Origin: Corynebacterium amycolatum
GTDB taxonomy: Bacteria; Actinomycetota; Actinomycetes; Mycobacteriales; Mycobacteriaceae
Assembly: GCF_049243625.1 (NCBI RefSeq)
Contig: NZ_CP046975.1
DNA: 32,000 nucleotides
Reading direction: 5' to 3' (one strand)
In this document: positions 26,468 through 32,000 of the stretch, piece after piece
Numbering within the stretch: position 1 is the stretch's first letter
Layout of the letters: each line of letters starts with the position of its first letter
Notes under the pieces: generated by a model
Database searches by the model: none
The model's input: only the letters and a program-made list of their open reading frames with translations
Told to the model about the DNA's origin: nothing
Position numbers and translations under genes: made by a program

Positions 26468-27500
26468 TGTCCAGCTCCCAGTCCTCGTTGTCGCTGATAG
26501 CGATCAATAGACGACGCACTGCCATCGCTCGACGGTGCTGAACTCCCTCCAACTTGTCCAGGGCGCACTCTGGATCCGCGGGTGGTCCCAAATGGGTGCA
26601 ACCACGTGGGCATTCATCTGTTGCCGCCTGGATATCTGGAAACGCCGCCAGTAGCGTCTCCGGTGTCACATGAGCCAGGCCAAAGGAACGAATGCCCGGG
26701 GTATCAATGATCCACGAGGGCGCGCTGTTTTCGCTTTCCGACGGCAACATCAGCGCCACCGACTGCGTGGAGGTATGGCGGCCCTTACCCACACCACTGA
26801 CTTCGCCGGTCTCACGGTTGGCTTCGGGAACAATCCGGTTGACGAGGGTTGATTTCCCAACACCGGAATGCCCAACCAAAGCTGTCACTCGTCCTGGAAC
26901 ATCGATGAGCTCTGACAAAGGAGCCAAGTTATCGTTAATACCGCAGACAACGACATCCACTCCGAGTGCGGAAAACTCCCCGGCAAATTCCTCTGGGTCA
27001 GCCAGATCAGACTTAGTCAGACAGAGCACGGGACGGACACCGCCGGCGTAGGCCGCGACCAGCGCGCGTTCGACAAAACCGGTGCGGGGTTCAGGATCGG
27101 CGACTGCACACACAATGAGCAGCAGGCTGGCATTGGCCACGACAATGCGCTCATACGGGTCATTGTCATCGGCGGTGCGACGCAAAACCGTGCTGCGCTC
27201 TGCCAGCTTGACGATGCGGGCCAGTGTGCCCTCACGGCCGCTGACATCGCCGACGACACCGACACGGTCACCGACAACGATATTGGTGCGGCCGAGCTCG
27301 CGGGCACGCATGCATGTCACTGCAACATCAGCGTTGTTATCGAGGACTACACCCCAACGACCACGATCCTTGGTCACCACCATGCCCCAGTGGGCATCGG
27401 CGTGGCTGGGGCGATCCTTCGTCCGTGGCCGAGACCCTCTACCGGGGCGGATGCGTACATCGGACTCGTCCCATTGCCGTCCACGCCTGCGTGCCGCCAC
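26454..27500 (-). CDS. rsgA: ribosome small-subunit-dependent GTPase A
   Basis: OB-fold N-domain, circularly permuted GTPase (TKSDL ... GHSGVGKSTLVN), and a C-terminal zinc knuckle (CPRGCTHLGPPADPEC). GTG start at 27498-27500. Confidence 0.9.
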   Translation of the reverse strand: MAARRRGRQWDESDVRIRPGRGSRPRTKDRPSHADAHWGMVVTKDRGRWGVVLDNNADVAVTCMRARELGRTNIVVGDRVGVVGDVSGREGTLARIVKLAERSTVLRRTADDNDPYERIVVANASLLLIVCAVADPEPRTGFVERALVAAYAGGVRPVLCLTKSDLADPEEFAGEFSALGVDVVVCGINDNLAPLSELIDVPGRVTALVGHSGVGKSTLVNRIVPEANRETGEVSGVGKGRHTSTQSVALMLPSESENSAPSWIIDTPGIRSFGLAHVTPETLLAAFPDIQAATDECPRGCTHLGPPADPECALDKLEGVQHRRAMAVRRLLIAISDNEDWELDIERD

Positions 27501-27502
27501 TG

Positions 27503-28981
27503 TTATTTCCCTGCCTCGGTTCCGTTCTCCATGCCATCAAGTCGAGTGTCGACCGACTTTTCCAACGAGCTAGGGCTGGGGGAGGCCAGTCCGAGCATCT
27601 CCAGCCAGCGCAGGTCGAATCCAGGCATGGTCTTAGCGGTGGTACTGATGTTTTCGACTTCCACGTCCTCCGTGCGCAGGCCAACAATGGCACCAGCGGT
27701 GGCCATTCGATGGTCGGCGTAGCTGTGCCAGAGGCCACCGTGGAGCGGAACGGGGTCAATCGCAATGCCGTCGTCAAGCTCCGTAGCGCGACCGCCGAGG
27801 CGGTTGATTTCCGTGGTGAGCGCGGCAAGACGGTTGGTTTCGTGACCGCGCAAGTGTGCAATACCCGTCAGCTCGGTGCGGGTGGTGGCCAGGGTGGCGA
27901 TGGCAGCGACCGTTGGGGTCAGCTCGCCAATCTCGGACATGTCCATCGTGATTCCGCGCAGCTCCGACGGCTTTGGACCCACGACGGTGAGGCTGGTGCG
28001 GCCGCCCTCGTGACGGTTGAACGTCACAGTAGCGCCCATAGCGGTGAGGATCTCGCGGATGCGGTTGCCCGGCTGCGTGGTGTGCTCTGGCCAGTCGGGC
28101 ACGGTGACGCTGCCACCAGTGACAGCCGCAGCGGCCAGGAAGGCGGCAGCGTTGGACAGGTCGGGCTCGATTTGCCAAGTACGACCCATCATTTCGGTGG
28201 GGCGAATGGTGAACGTTGTGCGTGATCCCTCAGGTGCGTCGGCCGTGGTCTCCTCGATCTGCACACCGGCCTCGCGAAGCATGTCCAGGGTCATGTCAAT
28301 GTGCGGGCGGGATGGAATCTCACCGGTCGGGTGAAGTACGAGGCCACGGCCATAGCGCGGCGCTGACAGCAACAGGCCAGAGACGAACTGGCTTGAGGCC
28401 GAAGCGTCAATTTCCACTTCGCCGCCGATGTCCGGCAGATCTTGCTCTTGGACCGAGTCACCGAGGCGGTTGCCCTGGTTCGGACCCTGTGGATTGACCG
28501 TGAAAGGAAGCCCATTTCCAGTGATGTTCACACCGAGGCCGCGCAGGGCATCCAGCACGGCCGACATCGGGCGAGCCTTGGCCTCTACGTCGCCCTCGAA
28601 GAACACCGACCCCTGCGCAAGAGCTGCGATAGGCGGCACGAAGCGCATAACCGTACCTGCAAGGCCACATTCCACGACACCACCGCGGAGCATGCGTGGA
28701 GTGACACGGAGCGTGTGGTTCGGGGCACCCGAATATGTCGAGTCGGCACTGATGTCAGTTCCCAAGGCCTGCAGTGCGCGAATCATAAGATCGGTATCGC
28801 GAGAGCGCAGAGCACCATGGATAACCGATGGGGTCGAAGATAGCGCCGCGATGACAAGAGCACGGTTCGTAATCGACTTCGAGCCGGCAATCTGCACCGT
28901 GGCGCTAAAAGGCTGTCGACCGGATTCGGCACCGTCGACACTTACAGTAGGGGCGGACCAATTCTGATTTTGGGAACACAC
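27503..28981 (-). CDS. aroA: 3-phosphoshikimate 1-carboxyvinyltransferase (EPSP synthase)
   Basis: [10 protein letters not shown] near the N-terminus, [13 protein letters not shown], and TTAKTMPGF near the C-terminus. Its stop lies 2 nt upstream of the rsgA start. The exact GTG start is uncertain. Confidence 0.9.
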   Translation of the reverse strand: MCSQNQNWSAPTVSVDGAESGRQPFSATVQIAGSKSITNRALVIAALSSTPSVIHGALRSRDTDLMIRALQALGTDISADSTYSGAPNHTLRVTPRMLRGGVVECGLAGTVMRFVPPIAALAQGSVFFEGDVEAKARPMSAVLDALRGLGVNITGNGLPFTVNPQGPNQGNRLGDSVQEQDLPDIGGEVEIDASASSQFVSGLLLSAPRYGRGLVLHPTGEIPSRPHIDMTLDMLREAGVQIEETTADAPEGSRTTFTIRPTEMMGRTWQIEPDLSNAAAFLAAAAVTGGSVTVPDWPEHTTQPGNRIREILTAMGATVTFNRHEGGRTSLTVVGPKPSELRGITMDMSEIGELTPTVAAIATLATTRTELTGIAHLRGHETNRLAALTTEINRLGGRATELDDGIAIDPVPLHGGLWHSYADHRMATAGAIVGLRTEDVEVENISTTAKTMPGFDLRWLEMLGLASPSPSSLEKSVDTRLDGMENGTEAGK

Positions 28982-29051
28982 ACAACCAATTATGGAACAC
29001 TTTCACTCCATACCTCGACTAGAGGGGGAGTCATCGGCACAATCAGTTGGT

Positions 29052-29747
29052 ATGTGTGGTCGTTTCGTCAATTTCGCAGTCGCCGAAAAGCTGCTCAGCA
29101 CCACGGCTGAAATTCCCGGTTTGGCGCCCGTGCGTGCCGACGGCCCGTTGCCCACCTCCCGCTACAACATCGGCCCGACCATGCCAATAGTTGCTCTTGC
29201 CCGCGAGCATCCCGGCCGCACAGGAACCATTGCAGCCGCCGTGCGCTGGGGTTTAATTCCGCAGTGGGCCCGCGAAGTGCCAACGACACCTTTCTTCAAC
29301 GCCCGTGCGGAAACCTGGCAGTCCAAACCGACTTTCCGGGACGGCCTTCCCTGCGCAATCCCCATGAACGGTTGGTATGAATGGAAAAATCGCCAGCCCT
29401 ACTTCGTCAGCTTCGGTGATGATGCACCGCTTTTCACCGTCGCGGGTCTGTGGGCACGCTGGGGAGATATAGTCTCCGCCACAATTCTCACCACCGACGC
29501 CGTGGGACAGCTCGCGGATCTGCATCATCGTATGCCGCGCGTGCTTGCCGACGACGAAGTCAGCGATTGGCTGGATCTCTCGGCCTGGGCAGCAAACGGA
29601 GATGTTGGCGTGACCAGCGCCGAGGTGGTGGACAAACTGACCATCCGACCGGTCAACCGCGCCGTCGGCAATGTTGCGAATGAAGGGCCGCACCTGTTGG
29701 ATGAGCCCGATGGCGCGGTACCCGGCCACAACGAGGAGCTGTTTTAA
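29052..29747 (+). CDS. SOS response-associated peptidase (SRAP/YedK family)
   Basis: The start is set at ATG 29052 so that the protein begins MCGRF, because the family uses Cys2 as its catalytic residue. It also has RYNIGPT and MNGWYEW motifs. The track ORF starts 20 codons earlier. Confidence 0.85.
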   Translation: MCGRFVNFAVAEKLLSTTAEIPGLAPVRADGPLPTSRYNIGPTMPIVALAREHPGRTGTIAAAVRWGLIPQWAREVPTTPFFNARAETWQSKPTFRDGLPCAIPMNGWYEWKNRQPYFVSFGDDAPLFTVAGLWARWGDIVSATILTTDAVGQLADLHHRMPRVLADDEVSDWLDLSAWAANGDVGVTSAEVVDKLTIRPVNRAVGNVANEGPHLLDEPDGAVPGHNEELF

Positions 29748-29786
29748 GGCCGTATCAGCGGGGAGGTTGCAGGAGTAGCCGCAGGA

Positions 29787-30299
29787 TTAGCGGGCGATGT
29801 CGGCGACCGTGGCGTCGCAAAGCGAAACCAAATCAGCGGGTGACAGTTCGATGTCCCACCCGCGGCGACCACCGGAGACGAACACAGTGTCGGAGAGAGT
29901 GGCTGTCTCATCAATGACGGTGGGGAGCTTGCGGCGACCGCCAAGCGGGGAGATGCCGCCGGGAATGTAGCCGGTGGCAAGTGACGCGTCATGGGGGTCG
30001 GCCATCGTGGCCTTGGAAGCCCCGATAGCCGCGGCGGCGGCCTTGAGGTTGAGCATTCCGGTGGCGGGAACGACGGCGATGGCCAGCCCAGTGCGTTTGC
30101 CGGATAGCTCGATAATGAGAGTTTTGAAGATGCGTTCGGGCTCGATGCCGAGGTGCTCTAGCAGCCAAGAGGCGGCCTCTTCGCCGAAGTTGTCGCTGCC
30201 GTGGGGGAATTGGTGAACGTGGAAGTCGATTCCGGCGTTCTGACAGAAGGCGATGGCCGGGGTGGCGGCAGCGGATTTTTTGGCGGACTTCTTCGACAT
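29787..30299 (-). CDS. ybaK: Cys-tRNA(Pro)/Cys-tRNA(Cys) deacylase YbaK
   Basis: The YbaK/EbsC fold signature runs ... FKTLII ... [11 protein letters not shown] ... VFVSGGRRG. The start is set at ATG 30297-30299 (MSKKSAKK). Confidence 0.8.
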   Translation of the reverse strand: MSKKSAKKSAAATPAIAFCQNAGIDFHVHQFPHGSDNFGEEAASWLLEHLGIEPERIFKTLIIELSGKRTGLAIAVVPATGMLNLKAAAAAIGASKATMADPHDASLATGYIPGGISPLGGRRKLPTVIDETATLSDTVFVSGGRRGWDIELSPADLVSLCDATVADIAR

Positions 30300-30396
30300 A
30301 ATTTCCCATCGTTGCACATCAGCGCAATTACGCTACGAAATGCCTGGTGACGGGGGTCTGCCGACTCGTGGGTGCGGATGTTTTAGGATAGGTAGC

Positions 30397-31026
30397 ATGT
30401 CAGGTGATCAGACAGGAACATCGGCCATCCGGACTGATGAGTCGGATGAGGAGCTTGCGCAGCGCTTTGAGCGTGATGCCATGCCGCTTTTGGATCAGCT
30501 CTATGGAGCGGCGCTGCGGATGACACGCAACCCCGCCGATGCCGAAGACCTGGTGCAGGAGACCTATATAAAGGCTTTTCAGGGCTTCCGCTCCTACAAG
30601 CCGGGCACGAATCTGAAAGCATGGCTCTACCGCATTCTGACGAATGCGTACATCAACAACTACCGCAAGGCGCAGCGTCGTCCTGCCGAGTACGCCACCG
30701 ATGACATCACCGATTCACAGATCGCGGAAACCGCGTCGCACACTTCGATAGGGCTGCGCTCTGCTGAGGTTGAAGCGCTGGAAAAGCTTCCTGACGAGGA
30801 AATTCGTGACGCTTTGATGAGTCTCAAAGAGGATTACCGGATGGTGGTCTACTACGCCGATGTCGAGGGATTGCCCTACAAGGAAATCGCCGAAATCATG
30901 GGCACACCCATCGGAACTGTGATGAGTCGGCTCCACCGTGGAAGAAAACAGCTCCGAGACGCGTTGCACAACGTAGCCGTGGAACGTGGATTCTTGAAAG
31001 AAGAGAAGGGAGATTCTCCGCGATGA
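30397..31026 (+). CDS. sigH: ECF sigma factor SigH
   Basis: From ATG 30397 the protein aligns by eye along its whole length with M. tuberculosis SigH. Shared stretches include [51 protein letters not shown] and [27 protein letters not shown]. Confidence 0.9.
   Translation: MSGDQTGTSAIRTDESDEELAQRFERDAMPLLDQLYGAALRMTRNPADAEDLVQETYIKAFQGFRSYKPGTNLKAWLYRILTNAYINNYRKAQRRPAEYATDDITDSQIAETASHTSIGLRSAEVEALEKLPDEEIRDALMSLKEDYRMVVYYADVEGLPYKEIAEIMGTPIGTVMSRLHRGRKQLRDALHNVAVERGFLKEEKGDSPR
30940..30967 (+). promoter_or_regulatory. candidate SigH-type promoter inside the sigH 3' end, reading into rshA
   Basis: GGAAGA (30940-30945), 16 nt, then CGTTGC (30962-30967). This fits the GGAA-N-GTT pattern of SigH/SigR-dependent promoters. 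A SigH-dependent rshA promoter has been reported in C. glutamicum. Motif match only. Confidence 0.35.
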
Positions 31027-31331
31027 GCCGAGAGTCGAGCCAAGATATGGAGCAGACGCCAGAGCGCGGGCACGCCTGTGAAGATGCTTTCTGTCAGGAT
31101 GTCCACTCGCGCCTACACGCATTTTTGGATGGCGAGTGTGATTCGGAGGAGCGCCGCTTTCTCGAGGAACACATTCACAAATGCCCTCAGTGCTTAGAAG
31201 AGTTCGGTTCCGAGCAAGCTATCCGACGGCTGCTGCGCCGGTGCTGCCAGCAACCTGCCCCTGAGGACCTCCGCCAGCGCATTACCACCCGCATACGCGT
31301 GTCCTATACGCGGGTGGAGTACCGCAGGTAG
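31023..31331 (+). CDS. rshA: anti-sigma factor RshA (zinc-associated, ZAS family)
   Basis: ATGA overlap with the sigH stop. HxxxCxxC motif [10 protein letters not shown], with an upstream Cys pair (CEDAFC) and a C-terminal RRCC. Confidence 0.85.
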   Translation: MSRESSQDMEQTPERGHACEDAFCQDVHSRLHAFLDGECDSEERRFLEEHIHKCPQCLEEFGSEQAIRRLLRRCCQQPAPEDLRQRITTRIRVSYTRVEYRR

Positions 31332-31412
31332 TTGCTGGCGGCTAGGTTTTGGCGTGTATTCCTTTGATGCTTAATGCGATGTTTCGTAATGCGGTAGTGC
31401 GAAATACGGAAA

Positions 31413-31448
31413 ATCCCAGGTCATGGAGATGTGGCCTGGGATATTTTT
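31413..31448. terminator. bidirectional terminator between rshA and tRNA-Ala
   Basis: ATCCCAGG (31413-31420) pairs with CCTGGGAT (31435-31442), and four more pairs, two of them G-U, extend the stem into the loop. ATATTTTT lies on the plus side, and an A-run upstream (GGAAAA, read as a U-tract on the minus strand) lies on the other side. The tRNA ends at 31462. Confidence 0.65.
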
Positions 31449-31461
31449 GTGGAATTATTTG

Positions 31462-31534
31462 TGGAGCTAAGGGGAATCGAACCCCTGACCTTCGCATTGC
31501 GAACGCGACGCTCTACCAACTGAGCTATAGCCCC
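31462..31534 (-). tRNA. tRNA-Ala (anticodon CGC)
   Basis: The minus strand reads GGGGCTA TA GCTC AGTTGGTA GAGC G TCGCG TTCGCAA TGCGA AGGTC AGGGG TTCGATT CCCCT TAGCTCC A, 73 nt. It forms a full cloverleaf with the G3:U70 alanine identity pair and anticodon loop TT-CGC-AA. CCA is not encoded. Confidence 0.92.
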
Positions 31535-31665
31535 ATTACTTTCGAGCAACCTAGCTGGAGCTCCTGTAAAAGCTCTATTTTTAGACGTTACTCCCGGTGG
31601 GGTTTGGGCTCCAAACTCGCTGGTAGTGATCTGGCGGATGGTTAATCCTGAAAAGCGAGGATGGG

Positions 31666-31687
31666 GTATCGAAGAGGTATCGAAAAG
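31666..31687. repeat. 11-bp tandem duplication
   Basis: GTATCGAAGAG followed directly by GTATCGAAAAG, with one mismatch. Confidence 0.5.
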
Positions 31688-31697
31688 GTGCAGAAAG

Positions 31698-31758
31698 TGA
31701 CTAGGTTTATGACAAAAAACCGCGGGTGAATTCAATTCACGTGTCATAAACCTAGTCA
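31698..31758. repeat. 17-bp perfect inverted repeat with a 27-nt spacer
   Basis: TGACTAGGTTTATGACA (31698-31714) and TGTCATAAACCTAGTCA (31742-31758). The spacer contains its own small hairpin GTGAAT-tca-ATTCAC. Confidence 0.8.
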
Positions 31759-31858
31759 GTTTCAGACCTGCTACCCGTTGAGCTCTCCATTGGAGACACA
31801 AAAACTCCACCTCGTCCTTCGATGCAATACCGAGTTGTGTCGGGGTGGAGTGAGATGT

Positions 31859-31878
31859 CTTAGCCAGTGATGGCTAAG
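31859..31878 (-). terminator. hairpin 21 nt downstream of the bL37-like gene (possible terminator without a U-tract)
   Basis: CTTAGCCA-gtga-TGGCTAAG forms an 8-bp perfect stem, extendable to 10 bp. No U-run follows on the minus strand. Confidence 0.3.
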
Positions 31879-31899
31879 GCTGCTGTAACTAAGGGCAAC

Positions 31900-31974
31900 T
31901 TAGCTGTTCGGACGCTTGCCGTGGTTAGCCTTGTTCTTACGGCGGTCCTTGCGCTTACGGCCACGCTTGCTCAT
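31900..31974 (-). CDS. 24-aa basic micro-protein, bL37-like 50S ribosomal protein
   Basis: The minus strand has ATG (31972-31974) through TAA (31900-31902), encoding MSKRGRKRKDRRKNKANHGKRPNS. GAAAGAGAG lies upstream. It matches my memory of the actinobacterial bL37 peptide (MSKRGRK..DR...KANHGKRPN.). It is too short for the supplied ORF track. Confidence 0.7.
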   Translation of the reverse strand: MSKRGRKRKDRRKNKANHGKRPNS

Positions 31975-32000
31975 AGCTGGGCTCTCTTTCTATCGGGTTA

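Noticed and set aside
26440-26520. Possible fluoride (crcB-motif) riboswitch controlling the ClC gene
   Set aside because: The ClC start lies inside the rsgA coding sequence, so there is no leader in which a riboswitch could reside.
27314-28225. 303-aa plus-strand ORF spanning the rsgA/aroA junction
   Set aside because: It is antisense to two well supported genes. Its Gly/Arg-rich composition is typical of out-of-frame high-GC sequence.
31349-31645. 98-aa plus-strand ORF and 129-aa minus-strand ORF (31421-31810) around the tRNA
   Set aside because: Both run through the tRNA-Ala gene and its terminator, and neither has coding features.
31804-31851. 8-bp inverted repeat ACTCCACC / GGTGGAGT with a 32-nt loop in the bL37 3' region, considered as a structured sRNA
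   Set aside because: An 8-bp repeat at that spacing is expected by chance many times in 32 kb, and I could not see a supporting substructure.

Overview
This is a high-GC actinobacterial chromosome segment, most likely from a Corynebacterium-type genome, and it is densely coding core genome. Reading left to right on the plus strand: the tail of rmlD, a wbbL-type rhamnosyltransferase, GDP-mannose pyrophosphorylase and a whiB2-type regulator. Next comes a mannose block (pmm, TobH-like, manA), then a minus-strand Pro/Thr/Ser-rich lipoprotein and a DUF4259-like gene. The plus-strand run ahcY-tmk-mtrA-mtrB-lpqB-comF-like-hpf-secA follows. After it lie a minus-strand Rv3235-family gene, a cap-less HAD protein with an acidic partner, and a ferredoxin-reductase/membrane-desaturase pair. 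The minus strand then carries aroA-rsgA-ClC channel. The window ends with an SRAP peptidase, ybaK (minus), sigH-rshA, tRNA-Ala(CGC) and a 24-codon bL37-like ribosomal micro-gene that the ORF track misses. From memory, the order is colinear with M. tuberculosis Rv3266c to Rv3221A. I see no transposase, integrase, phage, CRISPR, toxin-antitoxin or recognisable defence genes, so I do not claim a new multi-gene system. The most unusual item is an in-frame TGA in mtrA, sitting where the family has a conserved glycine; it cuts off the DNA-binding helix while mtrB and lpqB stay intact. Secondary items are: a phased GTTCAGG repeat array in the long whiB2 leader; a promoter-overlapping palindrome and nested hairpin ahead of the desaturase operon; a ClC channel gene whose TTG start lies inside the rsgA 3' end; two convergent gene pairs sharing a 4-nt stop/stop overlap; a secA terminator embedded in the opposite gene's coding sequence; and a 17-bp perfect inverted repeat plus tandem repeat next to tRNA-Ala. 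All calls rest on reading the sequence and on recalled family motifs. No database search was run.
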